From a virus: DNA of 63,448 nt. The notes under the pieces are model-generated. The model did no database searches. It was not told the DNA's origin and saw only the letters and a list, made by a program, of their open reading frames with translations. Below are positions 52,987 to 63,344 of the stretch, piece after piece. The DNA is taken from IMG/VR virus record IMGVR_UViG_3300023296_000800; one strand, given 5' to 3'. Within the stretch, counting starts at the first letter, position 1; every line of letters begins with the position of its first letter. Position numbers and translations under genes: made by a program.

Positions 52987-53559
52987 TTATTTTTTAGGTT
53001 GGGTTCCGTTTCCGTCCAATATACCGATCGTACCGCCTTGTGCCAGTATTCTCTCAACCACATCTTCAAATTCGATAGGTCTCAAGCCTATCTGTTCAGC
53101 AGACACACACAAGAAGCCAGGATCACGTGCGCCATCTTTCCATACGCTAGTTGCATGTAAATGCCCATGCACGTTGCATCCAAATCTACCCAATTGAGAA
53201 GGGTGAATAGGTATATGGGTAAAGACTAATCCATTAGATACATGACAGCCTCTAATATCATTAAACACCTCTGCGTATTTGTGTAATTTCAAGGTGTCGT
53301 GGTTACCCTTAACGAGAATTTTGATACCATTCATCTGTTTAACTTTATCAAGGCCTTGCTGAGTGAGCGCGATATCACCCAACATGTAGACTTTATCAAT
53401 AGGGCTAACGATTTCGTTGTGCATTTGCACCATTGCGTCTTCCATATCTTCTAATGTATCAAAAGGTCTCAGTTTGGTCCCATCATGATGATCCGTGAAC
53501 TTGATAATGTTATTGTGACCAAAATGCAAGTCTGCTATAAAAAACTTTTTCTGATGCAT
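52987..53559 (-). CDS. Calcineurin-like metallophosphoesterase
   Basis: DLHFGH, LGD, GNHD, THIP, HGHLH. Confidence 0.9.
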   Translation of the reverse strand: MHQKKFFIADLHFGHNNIIKFTDHHDGTKLRPFDTLEDMEDAMVQMHNEIVSPIDKVYMLGDIALTQQGLDKVKQMNGIKILVKGNHDTLKLHKYAEVFNDIRGCHVSNGLVFTHIPIHPSQLGRFGCNVHGHLHATSVWKDGARDPGFLCVSAEQIGLRPIEFEDVVERILAQGGTIGILDGNGTQPKK

Positions 53560-53587
53560 TGTAGTTCCTAATTTATTAATATACCAT

Positions 53588-53616
53588 AGTATATACTTTT
53601 TTATTCGGTGTGTCAA
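53588..53616 (-). promoter_or_regulatory. Sigma70-type promoter TTGACA-N17-TATACT
   Basis: Near-consensus; back-to-back with plus-strand ATAAATA at about 53623. Confidence 0.7.
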
Positions 53617-53634
53617 TCCTTAATAAATATAGTT

Positions 53635-54339
53635 ATGAATATAATTATACCAGCGGCTGGGAAAGGGACACGCTTCCAGGGTCATTATGACTCTCCCAAA
53701 AATCTAATCGATGTTAAGGGTGATCCTATGTTGATCGCATCTGCTAAAAGTTTACAGATGTATAACCCCGTAAATACCTTTATCTTTTTAATCCCAGAAG
53801 ATGAATCTAGTCCAATGGACAACGCTCTGGGAGCAAGGCTAAAGGCAGAATTCCCAGACTGTAAAGTATTTGTCATAATGGGAGACACTGAAGGTGCCGC
53901 AGATACTTTAATGAGGGCGGCCGACTTGATAAACAACGATGAAGAACTACTTATTGTTAATTCTGATCAAATTATGGAATGGAATTTAGCTGAAAAGAAT
54001 TTGGTATTTGAAAAACTAGAGGATTATGATGCAGGAGTTGTTACTGTTAAGAGCGATGATCCCAAGCATAGTTACATCAACCTAGACACAGGTGAAATAG
54101 TAGAAAAAGAAGTAGTTAGCGACCAAGCATTAACTGGTCTGCATTGGTGGAAACATGGTAAAGACTTTGTAAGTTCTGCTAGACTAATGATGCAATCTGG
54201 CAAAAGATCACTGGGTGAATACTATATCGGACCAGTTTACAATTCATTTAATGGCTCCGCTGGATTCTACGAACTAAAAAGTGATCTCATCAATTTTATC
54301 GGAACACCCGAAGATTTAAAAGCATATCTTGAAAAGTGA
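53635..54339 (+). CDS. Sugar nucleotidyltransferase (NTP transferase family)
   Basis: IIPAAGKGTRF, PKNLI, TEGAA, NSD, EK, EYYI, IGTPEDL. Confidence 0.85.
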   Translation: MNIIIPAAGKGTRFQGHYDSPKNLIDVKGDPMLIASAKSLQMYNPVNTFIFLIPEDESSPMDNALGARLKAEFPDCKVFVIMGDTEGAADTLMRAADLINNDEELLIVNSDQIMEWNLAEKNLVFEKLEDYDAGVVTVKSDDPKHSYINLDTGEIVEKEVVSDQALTGLHWWKHGKDFVSSARLMMQSGKRSLGEYYIGPVYNSFNGSAGFYELKSDLINFIGTPEDLKAYLEK

Positions 54340-54656
54340 TCGTAGGGAAACTTAGCGATACACATCGAGGATGGGTTATTGGCGATTTTGAACCTAGTCT
54401 ACTAAGAACAAAGGAATTTGAAGTAGGAATTCTAACCCACCTTGAAGGGGAACAATGGGATGCTCACTATCACAAACTTGGAACAGAGTATAACATCTTA
54501 TTATCAGGCTCAATGAATGTGTGCGACACTGAACTAGTCGCAGGTGATACATTTATCATAGAGCCTAATGAGGTAGCTGATCCTACATTTCACAAAGATT
54601 GCACCATCGTGTGCATTAAAACACCAAGCGACACACAGGATAAATATATCATATGA
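54336..54656 (+). CDS. Cupin-domain protein
   Basis: GWVIGDFEP, HYHK..TEYN, KTPS..DKY. Confidence 0.85.
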   Translation: MIVGKLSDTHRGWVIGDFEPSLLRTKEFEVGILTHLEGEQWDAHYHKLGTEYNILLSGSMNVCDTELVAGDTFIIEPNEVADPTFHKDCTIVCIKTPSDTQDKYII

Positions 54657-55378
54657 GTGCAAAATTTGTATTTGATGTTGATGGAGTACTATGTAATCGT
54701 GGACAAAAGATGGACACTGAATTTCAACACTGGTTAGAAGATTTTTTGCAAGACAAAGATTACTATCTAGTGACTGGATCCCATAGACAAAAGACATGCG
54801 ACCAAATAGATCAACAACTAACACATGGAGCCAAAATAGGGTTTCATTGTTTAGGTAATTCTATATGGACAAAAAGTGGAGTCGAGGTTGCCATCAACCA
54901 ACCCCATTTCACAGACAAGGATCTTGAACACTTAAAAGGTTTTCACCAATCCAGTTTGTTCAATAAAAAACAATCATGGGAAAATGTATTGGAGAGGAGA
55001 AACGGCAGTTACAACTATTCGTTGTGTGCTAGAAACGCCACATCCAAAGAAAGACAAGCATACATGTTACATGACAGCATGTATAAGGAAAGAGAGAACT
55101 TCGTTATTCAATTGAACAACGAATATCCTAGATTTGATTGTTACTTGGGCGGAGATTGCAGTATAGATATTGTACTAAGAGGCGCGAACAAAGGACAGAT
55201 TACTGAGTGGCTTGATCTGCATGGAAATGATGACACGATATACTTCTTTGGAGATAGATGCAATGAATATGGCATTGATAAGCCACTAGCAGATAAAATG
55301 ATGGCCTGGCCACAATGTGTGGTTTTTGAAGTTGCTGATGGGTACACAGAAACATGGAGAATATTAAAATCCTTATGA
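54653..55378 (+). CDS. HAD-IIB phosphomannomutase-like (PMM family)
   Basis: FDVDGVL, VTGS, ERRNG, GGDCSIDI, NK, FFGDRC...GID. Confidence 0.8.
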   Translation: MSAKFVFDVDGVLCNRGQKMDTEFQHWLEDFLQDKDYYLVTGSHRQKTCDQIDQQLTHGAKIGFHCLGNSIWTKSGVEVAINQPHFTDKDLEHLKGFHQSSLFNKKQSWENVLERRNGSYNYSLCARNATSKERQAYMLHDSMYKERENFVIQLNNEYPRFDCYLGGDCSIDIVLRGANKGQITEWLDLHGNDDTIYFFGDRCNEYGIDKPLADKMMAWPQCVVFEVADGYTETWRILKSL

Positions 55379-55851
55379 ATGACAATCTAATATATATCGC
55401 ACATAGAGGTAACATAAACGGACCTAGTAGTATGGAGAACCACCCTGATCATATTAAATATGCACTTACTCAAGGGTTTGACGTAGAAGTCGATGTTAGA
55501 GTCATCGATGGAGTACTATTTCTGGGACACTTCGAACCTCAATATGAAGCACCTCAGGAAATACTAACGAACAATCATGTTTGGTTCCACTGCAAAAATA
55601 TAGAAGCATTAAGTTACATGACAGGCAATTTTGGCTTTGATAGAATAAATTATTTCTGGCATGATGTCGATGATTACACGTTGACAAACAAAGGACATAT
55701 CTGGACTAGTCCAGGGTGTGAACTAGCTGATCGTAGTATTATGGTGATGCCAGAAACATACGAAGAAGATTGGTTAGATTACACGTGTAAAGCAACATGC
55801 TTTGGGGTATGCAGTGACTACGTAGAGTACATCAAAGAAGCAAGGGAGTGA
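55375..55851 (+). CDS. PLC-like/GDPD phosphodiesterase-domain protein
   Basis: IAHRGN...EN, DVEVDV, LGH, WFHCKN, GVCSDY. Confidence 0.8.
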   Translation: MNDNLIYIAHRGNINGPSSMENHPDHIKYALTQGFDVEVDVRVIDGVLFLGHFEPQYEAPQEILTNNHVWFHCKNIEALSYMTGNFGFDRINYFWHDVDDYTLTNKGHIWTSPGCELADRSIMVMPETYEEDWLDYTCKATCFGVCSDYVEYIKEARE

Positions 55852-56684
55852 GATTAATAGGCTGTGGTGATAGTTGGTGTTGGGGTGCTGAGTTAGTAGA
55901 CCCGATTGAAGAGCCATCACCTATTATGAATTTACCAGGTGGTGGATTCGAAAGACAGTTTAAACCTATTAACATGGAATATAGATTAAAACACAGATAC
56001 ATCAACCAACTCGCAGAAAAATTAAATGCTGATGAATTAGTAGACTTAAGTGACCCATCATTATCGAATGATGCTATAATAAGAAAATTGATGGAGTGGC
56101 TATCTACCGAAGGATACCTAACTGACAGAGATACTTCTGATTTATTCATCTCGATTGGTTGGACGAGTCCTGAACGCAGAGAGTTCTATTCAAAAAAACC
56201 TTGGAGACACAGTGAGACAGGATTCGATGATCATTTTATTGCATTTGGTCCTTGGAGTATGGATCAAGATCACGAGGACAAAGAATTAGATCAATTCTTT
56301 CGTTTATACTTTGATAAGTTCTGGTCGGAGACTGAGTTTATTCACAGGCACATCAATCAAGTTTGGCAGATAGAAAAGATATTAAAAAACTACGGGATCA
56401 AATATGTTATGCACCAAGCATTTTATCATCACCATGAAAAGATGATTTATGATTGGGACGATGAAGAATACGAAAAGAATTTCAATAAGATTACACCAGG
56501 CGACAAAGTATTATGGGAATCACTTGACAGTGATGCATTCATAAGATATACTACCGCATGGCAACATATGTTATCTAAAGGAACTGCCGAAGAAGTTTTT
56601 ATCATCTTTTATCCTAGTGCTAACGGACATAAACATTGGGCTGATTACTTGTATCAACATTGCATAGAGAAAAAGTTAATATGA
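55848..56684 (+). CDS. SGNH hydrolase-like protein
   Basis: GDSWCWG, SN, IGWTSPERRE, PSANGHKHWADYL. Confidence 0.65.
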   Translation: MRLIGCGDSWCWGAELVDPIEEPSPIMNLPGGGFERQFKPINMEYRLKHRYINQLAEKLNADELVDLSDPSLSNDAIIRKLMEWLSTEGYLTDRDTSDLFISIGWTSPERREFYSKKPWRHSETGFDDHFIAFGPWSMDQDHEDKELDQFFRLYFDKFWSETEFIHRHINQVWQIEKILKNYGIKYVMHQAFYHHHEKMIYDWDDEEYEKNFNKITPGDKVLWESLDSDAFIRYTTAWQHMLSKGTAEEVFIIFYPSANGHKHWADYLYQHCIEKKLI

Positions 56685-56881
56685 AAGCTAAAAAGAAAAT
56701 AAAGAAAGGCAAAAACAAACCCGAAGTAGGGGACTATATTGTACACAGAGAATCTGCGATTAATAAAGTCAATGAAGGTAAGATTGTACATATGTTAGCC
56801 ATGCAGTTTGTATACGAAACCCCGGCCGGTATTGAACGTTTCTGTTTGTTTTCTGCGGATTGGAATCATATAGAAAAATGA
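56681..56881 (+). CDS. Small hypothetical protein
   Basis: ATGA-coupled on both sides. Confidence 0.6.
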   Translation: MKAKKKIKKGKNKPEVGDYIVHRESAINKVNEGKIVHMLAMQFVYETPAGIERFCLFSADWNHIEK

Positions 56882-57753
56882 AGTGGAATCACATAGCGGT
56901 GGTGCTACGCGGCCACGTTCGCACATGGCATTTTATTTATCCACTAGTGTTTAAGTTCTACGAATCTATTGCAGAAAATGTAGACTACTATTTTATTACA
57001 TGGGACACTAGCAATACTAATGGGATAGAAGAAACATTTGAAGGGAAAAACTTAATTCATTTTCAAGTGGCACCAAACAACTTTAGCAACGGCGGTATGG
57101 GCGATGATGGCGATGATGGTCAATTTTACAATGGCTGGACTGGACCTGCATTCATGCAAACATTGTTGATGCCGCATATAAAAATACAAGAGAAAAGGTT
57201 AGGCAAAAAATACGATGCATTTTTTGATACTAGACCAGATGTCTTGCCTCAACGTCAGAAAATATTGTACGGAAAACATACAGGTAAAGAACTGTCTTGT
57301 ATATTACCAGAACAGGATTCTATATATGTATTGGGAATAGAAATACACAAAAACCAATCACCATTCGATCCACGTGGTGGACAACCAGATGTTGCTATCA
57401 AAGATTGGCTCATCATGTCTCGTGGTAAAGAACTAGAAATAATGGCAAGACGTTATAGCCCCAATGAATTTATATACGAACCTAACCAACAACCAGGTAG
57501 TCAAATAGAGTACAGAGAAATAGCGGAAGGCTATGGCATTACTATATGCACAATAGACTGGATGGTTGCAACTGTGGTGCGACCGAATGCATTTGAACTT
57601 GATTGGAATAAAAGAAATAATTGGGAAGCAATTGATCTGGAATCAAAGAAATGGCCTCACCTAGACAAAGACACTAAAATTGCAGTATGTGAAAATTATG
57701 GTATTGCAGTCTCAGACTATACAGACACGCACTCAATTACATGTAAGATTTAA
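56878..57753 (+). CDS. Hypothetical protein, possibly glycosyltransferase-like
   Basis: IAVVLRGHVR, FITWD, YD....RPD motifs. Confidence 0.6.
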   Translation: MKWNHIAVVLRGHVRTWHFIYPLVFKFYESIAENVDYYFITWDTSNTNGIEETFEGKNLIHFQVAPNNFSNGGMGDDGDDGQFYNGWTGPAFMQTLLMPHIKIQEKRLGKKYDAFFDTRPDVLPQRQKILYGKHTGKELSCILPEQDSIYVLGIEIHKNQSPFDPRGGQPDVAIKDWLIMSRGKELEIMARRYSPNEFIYEPNQQPGSQIEYREIAEGYGITICTIDWMVATVVRPNAFELDWNKRNNWEAIDLESKKWPHLDKDTKIAVCENYGIAVSDYTDTHSITCKI

Positions 57754-58183
57754 GAATCTCTTTCATCAATACAGGTTGTTTTTGTGCTACATCTAGTTCC
57801 CATGGTAACATCAAGTATTCTTTATAGTCTATTTCTGTTAGATCAATTTCATAAGGTACTTTATCCCATATAAATATACCAGCATACGTAATCATCAGTC
57901 TACCCTCATACATTTGATTAACGTGTATTAGCTCATGCACTAGCGGTATCATCAACTCGTTAACAGATAGGGCTAGACTCAGACGAATAAGATTTGAACT
58001 TGTGTTATCTAATGATGAATCTGCATAAGTGTGAGGGGGCATCTCTACAAACTCTATGGTAAGTTTCTCTGGCAGTTGCATAAGCTCCCCTAAAGCAACG
58101 CAAATACTTTTTGCTATCTTACACTTGTTTTCTTCTGCATCGCATAGGACATTCGTTCGGGGAAATTTAAAATTTAATTGCAT
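57737..58183 (-). CDS. Zincin-like metalloprotease
   Basis: LVHELIHVNQ (HExxH) and Y..LPWE. Confidence 0.75.
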   Translation of the reverse strand: MQLNFKFPRTNVLCDAEENKCKIAKSICVALGELMQLPEKLTIEFVEMPPHTYADSSLDNTSSNLIRLSLALSVNELMIPLVHELIHVNQMYEGRLMITYAGIFIWDKVPYEIDLTEIDYKEYLMLPWELDVAQKQPVLMKEILKSYM

Positions 58184-58210
58184 GCTTGTATTTACTCGCT
58201 AAATATACAT

Positions 58211-58846
58211 ATGGCCACACTAACAGATTTTATTATTAATTGGGGAGAAATTGTAGAACTTGATTTCCCCAAAATGGATTTGAACAGAATAAGAAATGTC
58301 TGTGATAACCATCCAGGCTGGAAAGAATACCAGCCACACAAGAAACCTAACAATCGTTACGGATTAAGTGTCACTAGTTTAGATGGTGGATTTAGTGGTG
58401 AGCCAGATTTGTACAGTTTACGAGAATGGGCCAAAATGTATGGGGAAGATTATTTGGAAGGTGATATAGCAACTCGCACAAATGTATGTGCGTTGTTACC
58501 AGAGCTGGACCAGTTTCTAAACTTTTGGGAACCTAATTTAGGCCGCACACATTTCCTCAGATTAGATCAAGGCGGACATTTCCCGCCTCACAGAGATAAC
58601 GGAGCACTAGTTGCAGTGCCTACATTTAGAATTCTTGTGCCAATATACAATTTTGGGCCCAATGATATGAAGTGGATACACGAAGACAAAGTATTAAAAT
58701 TAGAATTAGGTGCAACGTATTTTATCAACACCAGTAGACTGCATAGTTTGTTTAGTTTTGTTGATAACTGCTTGATGCTTGTGTTAAACATAAACACTGA
58801 TGAACATATATTAAAAAGGATGGTAAAGAAAATTGTTGCAATCTAA
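58211..58846 (+). CDS. 2OG-Fe(II) oxygenase (Asp/Asn beta-hydroxylase-like)
   Basis: GGHFPPHRD (HxD), YFINTSRLHS. Confidence 0.75.
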   Translation: MATLTDFIINWGEIVELDFPKMDLNRIRNVCDNHPGWKEYQPHKKPNNRYGLSVTSLDGGFSGEPDLYSLREWAKMYGEDYLEGDIATRTNVCALLPELDQFLNFWEPNLGRTHFLRLDQGGHFPPHRDNGALVAVPTFRILVPIYNFGPNDMKWIHEDKVLKLELGATYFINTSRLHSLFSFVDNCLMLVLNINTDEHILKRMVKKIVAI

Positions 58847-59852
58847 AGCAAACTCATTTTATGAGAACTGGTTAGATACCACTGGACTGTCAGCCAGTAA
58901 TGGACAAAATCACAAGTTAAATCTAACTCCTGAATGGTTCTCGGAGATGGTGACATTTAATGACACCAAGTTAGCTAAATGGCGCACGGATGCCGCTAGA
59001 AGATGTCATGCTGAATTGGGACCTTTCCCTGCATTATGTTTTAGTGGTGGTATCGATAGTCAAGCAATGTTACATTGTTTCGCAGAAGCGGATTTAGAAG
59101 CACATGTCATTATATTTACCTTCAAGGATGGATTAAACAAACAAGACTGTGAACATGCTAAACAATACTGTCAAAAATTTGATATTCCGTATAGAGAAAT
59201 CGAGTTTGATATTGTTCAGTTCTTGACCAGAGACAATGCATCTATGACTGAGAAATACGGAGGCGTAAGTCCTCATTTTAACACTCATTATAGATTTATT
59301 GAAATATTAACTCAGTTGGGGTACACTGGTGTCTGTTTCGGTGGAGTTGCCCCTGATAGAAACGTAGGCACATACGGTAAAAATATTGGAAAGGTGGCAT
59401 TTCACTGGACTAAGATCGCAGACAAATTTGAAATCGCAGTTTGTGGTAGTTTTTTGAGTTATTCACCCGAATTAGCATGGGCAATATCATTATCTACTCC
59501 AGACATTCAAAATACCATGTATGATCAAAATTCAACAAAATTAACTCAAATAGATGTACAACTTGAGGTAGAAAAAGAAAGGTATGATGCTAAGTTGATT
59601 GGTTACAGGCGAGTAGGGTTTGATCTTGTCCCTCAAGCGCGAAAATATACAGGGTTTGAATTAGTCAAAGAACATTTTGCTGAAGAAGCTAGTGATGGTT
59701 GGGCATTCGAGAAACGATTTCGGTATCCACTGACGAGAATGGAGGGTGGCAAGTATAACAGTGATCAACACACTTACAAGATAAGCTTGACAAGCGAACA
59801 ACTTACCGCACTAGACAATATCTACTTCAAGCACTTTCCCTCTAGCGATTGA
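58833..59852 (+). CDS. Adenine nucleotide alpha-hydrolase (PP-loop) protein
   Basis: LCFSGGIDSQ; RKYTGFE. Confidence 0.75.
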   Translation: MLQSKANSFYENWLDTTGLSASNGQNHKLNLTPEWFSEMVTFNDTKLAKWRTDAARRCHAELGPFPALCFSGGIDSQAMLHCFAEADLEAHVIIFTFKDGLNKQDCEHAKQYCQKFDIPYREIEFDIVQFLTRDNASMTEKYGGVSPHFNTHYRFIEILTQLGYTGVCFGGVAPDRNVGTYGKNIGKVAFHWTKIADKFEIAVCGSFLSYSPELAWAISLSTPDIQNTMYDQNSTKLTQIDVQLEVEKERYDAKLIGYRRVGFDLVPQARKYTGFELVKEHFAEEASDGWAFEKRFRYPLTRMEGGKYNSDQHTYKISLTSEQLTALDNIYFKHFPSSD

Positions 59853-60626
59853 TCCTCTTCCTGGATTCGAACGTAACATAGCACCTACATAATTAACATT
59901 CTGGTCTAGTTGAGTCGTGGCCCATAGACGATTAGCTAAATGAATGTTATATCCACTGTATTTTATGCCATTCAGTCTATCATCTTTATACGGATTTAAA
60001 TGTGTTACGAGTATACCGTAATGTTCTAACCCAGTTTCCCAGTTTCTAATCTTGTTTTCTTGTTCAATAAATCTCTGATGCACCCATTCAGGCGATGCCC
60101 AGGTAGTCAAATCACCAAATAGTTTTAAATCGGTGCCAGGATAAATATCAGACTCTAATTTATGCACGGGAGTTGCCTCTAGTCCGATATTGCAATAAAA
60201 CCAGGTGTCTTCCCAGTCACCATCGTATGATTTAATATTCGGAAAACCAAAACATGTCCAGACAGAAACAGTTTGACCCGTCCGCAATAATATATTCAGT
60301 CCTTCATCTGTCCTAGGGTCTCGCCAATGCAAGTTTTTTGGCCAATCCCCATGTGAGCTACGTATGGTCATTGAATTTTCATATTCATCTTTCCATTTGT
60401 CTACGACTGTCTGGTAACGTTCTTTATATCCATCGTTATAAACAAATTGAATGTCAGGGTACATGGCACACAATTGATATGCATAATATATACTTCGTTT
60501 GCCGTGATGTGCCAAGTTGCCGTTGAAGATTACTAAATCAACGTCGGGTAATGCTAAGTCTGCAGGTTCTGTTGGTTCGTTAAAACCATAATAAAGATCA
60601 TGTATTAGGTGTACTTTAAAGGACAT
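59811..60626 (-). CDS. Degenerate metallophosphoesterase-like protein
   Basis: LIHDLY, DLVIFNGNL, ILVTH, SNPGRG. Confidence 0.55.
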   Translation of the reverse strand: MSFKVHLIHDLYYGFNEPTEPADLALPDVDLVIFNGNLAHHGKRSIYYAYQLCAMYPDIQFVYNDGYKERYQTVVDKWKDEYENSMTIRSSHGDWPKNLHWRDPRTDEGLNILLRTGQTVSVWTCFGFPNIKSYDGDWEDTWFYCNIGLEATPVHKLESDIYPGTDLKLFGDLTTWASPEWVHQRFIEQENKIRNWETGLEHYGILVTHLNPYKDDRLNGIKYSGYNIHLANRLWATTQLDQNVNYVGAMLRSNPGRGSIARGKVLEVDIV

Positions 60627-60743
60627 GCTAATATTTAGTAACAATAAATACTGTTGTACAATTCTTTTACAGTTATTCTTTATTCCCAGCAAATAGTGAT
60701 AAATACATAAAGTTAAGCATAACAAATTTTGGAGCCCTAACAC

Positions 60744-62525
60744 ATGAGTAAATTAAAAGTTACATTTGACAGTGATGCAGATGCATTAGCATTTGCAAAT
60801 AAGTGGAAACTGTCTGACGTACCAGTCAGCAATTCATTAGATATTGATTGGCATTTAGCAGAGGATGCAGTCAAGGATCCTACTGTTATCACGCACACAC
60901 AATTAGATACTGATGAACACGAGTTCATCGTTGAAAGCACACTGTACAACCTCGAAGTGTTGGATGATTGTACTGTCGAAGAAGATTTGGGTAGCGGATT
61001 TTTTAGAGTTACATCTAAGTCTGGCCTGGTTTTAGCAAAAGCAGTTACAAGCATCGATGTTTCTGATACCCCATTAGCGTTTTTGGGCGTAAGTAGCATG
61101 ACAGGGATGGATTCTGCTGATTCTGCAATCGATCCAACAAGTTCAGAAGGACAATGGGCCCGCATACGAGTAGCATCACATTATCGTCCATTGGCAACAT
61201 CGTATGCAATGCATGATACAAATTACCTTTCAAAACCTGAATTATATATTATGGATACAGGTGTTGATTCACAACATGCCGAATTTCAAGGCGCAGATTT
61301 AGAAATGTCAACATTCTGGTGTATGCCAGGTGTTTGGGTAGCGGATGATCAAATGGGTCACGGTACTGGTGTAGCATCAATGGCAGTAGGCGCTAACTTG
61401 GGTATCGCAGATAACGTAAAACTCAAAATAATTAAAATTCAAGGTAAAGCATCAGACAATGTAACATTAGCACCTGATGCGGCTACTGTTACTGCAACTA
61501 TGACACAGCTAGGTGAAGCACTTGATTTGCTCGAACAAACAATCGTAGCAGACCCGTTAAAGACACGTATTCTTAATGTTTCTTGGGGTGTTTCAAGATC
61601 AGCATTCCTAGATCGTAAGTTCCAAGCATTAATAGATGCGGGTGTTACTATCATCGCGGCGGCGGGTAACAATGGCATTGACGTTGATTTAGTCACTCCA
61701 GCTGGAATCAGTGGTTGTTTAACTGTTGGTGCAACTGACAAGTACGATATCCCAGCTGGATATAACAACATTTCACCAAGTGATTCAGGCCTTGCTACAT
61801 CACCTGGCTTAAATTTAGATTTATTTGCTCCTGGTGATGAAGTTATGATAGCTCATCCGACTGGTAGTGCAAGTGCATATGGTATATCATCTGGTACATC
61901 GTTTGCGGCTCCTCTTGTAGCAGGTGTTGCCGTTGTGATTGGTTCTATGAACGAGTCATTAGTAACAGCAAATGAAATGAAAAATATAGTTATGTCTACA
62001 TCAACTAAAAATGCGTTGCTATTCGAAGACACAACCTTTAGTGCTAATCAAAACAATTTAGCATACATTTTTACTGCTGACCCAATGGCGTCTTACAAAA
62101 ATGCAGACATGGTATCATATCTAGGTGTTAGTTCTGAAGAGCCCTTAGTCATAGATTTAAACTCGAACATTGACATAGCCACGTGGAAAGAGATGTATCC
62201 CGATGATACGCCGGTGTATTCTCTCGCATTCATAGATGATGTGATTAAAGAAGAATACGAAGACTATGTATCTATTGACAGCGAGACTGGTATAGTTACA
62301 ATTGAGTTGGCAACCGGTGTTGAGTTACCTAATGATACTAGGTTGGAAATGGTTGAATTTAGGGGAATTGCTACGACTAGTAGAGTAACAGTAACATCAA
62401 ATACTATTTTTTACTTCCACAGCAACGCAGATCATAGTGACACATCGGAATCAGATGTTACATTAGCACTATCAGATGTCAACAGTATTAGTTTCTTTGC
62501 TTATTGGGCCAGGTTCTTAAAATAA
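60744..62525 (+). CDS. Subtilisin-like serine protease (S8)
   Basis: Triad YIMDTGV / GHGTGVAS / SGTSFAAP; AAAGN oxyanion residue. Confidence 0.93.
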   Translation: MSKLKVTFDSDADALAFANKWKLSDVPVSNSLDIDWHLAEDAVKDPTVITHTQLDTDEHEFIVESTLYNLEVLDDCTVEEDLGSGFFRVTSKSGLVLAKAVTSIDVSDTPLAFLGVSSMTGMDSADSAIDPTSSEGQWARIRVASHYRPLATSYAMHDTNYLSKPELYIMDTGVDSQHAEFQGADLEMSTFWCMPGVWVADDQMGHGTGVASMAVGANLGIADNVKLKIIKIQGKASDNVTLAPDAATVTATMTQLGEALDLLEQTIVADPLKTRILNVSWGVSRSAFLDRKFQALIDAGVTIIAAAGNNGIDVDLVTPAGISGCLTVGATDKYDIPAGYNNISPSDSGLATSPGLNLDLFAPGDEVMIAHPTGSASAYGISSGTSFAAPLVAGVAVVIGSMNESLVTANEMKNIVMSTSTKNALLFEDTTFSANQNNLAYIFTADPMASYKNADMVSYLGVSSEEPLVIDLNSNIDIATWKEMYPDDTPVYSLAFIDDVIKEEYEDYVSIDSETGIVTIELATGVELPNDTRLEMVEFRGIATTSRVTVTSNTIFYFHSNADHSDTSESDVTLALSDVNSISFFAYWARFLK

Positions 62526-62558
62526 AAGAACGTTGGTAGTCTGTTAATAAATAGAGTA

Positions 62559-63344
62559 GTGAACGTAGATCATTACTTGGATAACAAACCAAATAAACAT
62601 TATATAGGGACTCAACAACCATTGAGTCTTTATACTTATTCAGATGTGTTTCCTCCGACAGTCTACCAACAGATCAAGGATGCGATAATCTCGCACCTAA
62701 CCACAAACAACAAATTAACCTACAAGACACACCGATCATCTTTCACACACAATGATAGACGTTTGCACATTGTATCTCATAAACAAAATGGTAGACAACA
62801 AGAAGTTATATACGATCTTACCTTTGAAAGGGATTGGTGGTACCAGACATCTGATACTATCCATGCATGGACATGGGCTACCTTGCAAAATAGTATTCAT
62901 CCGTTGTTCTTTCATGTACTCACAACATTTAACAACGAATCACCATTCTTAGCTGATCCTGAATGTTGGGTGCCGTATAGGTGGCACATCAATTACATGG
63001 AGTATACCGAATATCTGCAGGTACACGGTGACATGAATCCTCAGTATTTTAACACGCCCACAAGTCAAGATGCAAGAGCAAGAACAACAACCTTTTATTT
63101 ACATGATCATGTAGAAGGCCATGGAGGTGAGTTTTACACGATGGGTGGCTATGTTTATAAGCCCAAGCAGAATGAAGCAATATCAATTAACGGTAACGCA
63201 TGTTATCATGGTGTTAATTCCAATATGGACCCCGATAAAGAACCACGTCTAGCATTCTCTATACGTTGGGCACATAAAGATGATTTGTATTTACCAGGAC
63301 ATCCTGATAAAGCAATGTATACTATAGACTTTCCGGAGAAGTAA
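62559..63344 (+). CDS. 2OG-Fe(II) oxygenase
   Basis: VHGD, GGEF, YHGV, RLAFS. Confidence 0.8.
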   Translation: MNVDHYLDNKPNKHYIGTQQPLSLYTYSDVFPPTVYQQIKDAIISHLTTNNKLTYKTHRSSFTHNDRRLHIVSHKQNGRQQEVIYDLTFERDWWYQTSDTIHAWTWATLQNSIHPLFFHVLTTFNNESPFLADPECWVPYRWHINYMEYTEYLQVHGDMNPQYFNTPTSQDARARTTTFYLHDHVEGHGGEFYTMGGYVYKPKQNEAISINGNACYHGVNSNMDPDKEPRLAFSIRWAHKDDLYLPGHPDKAMYTIDFPEK

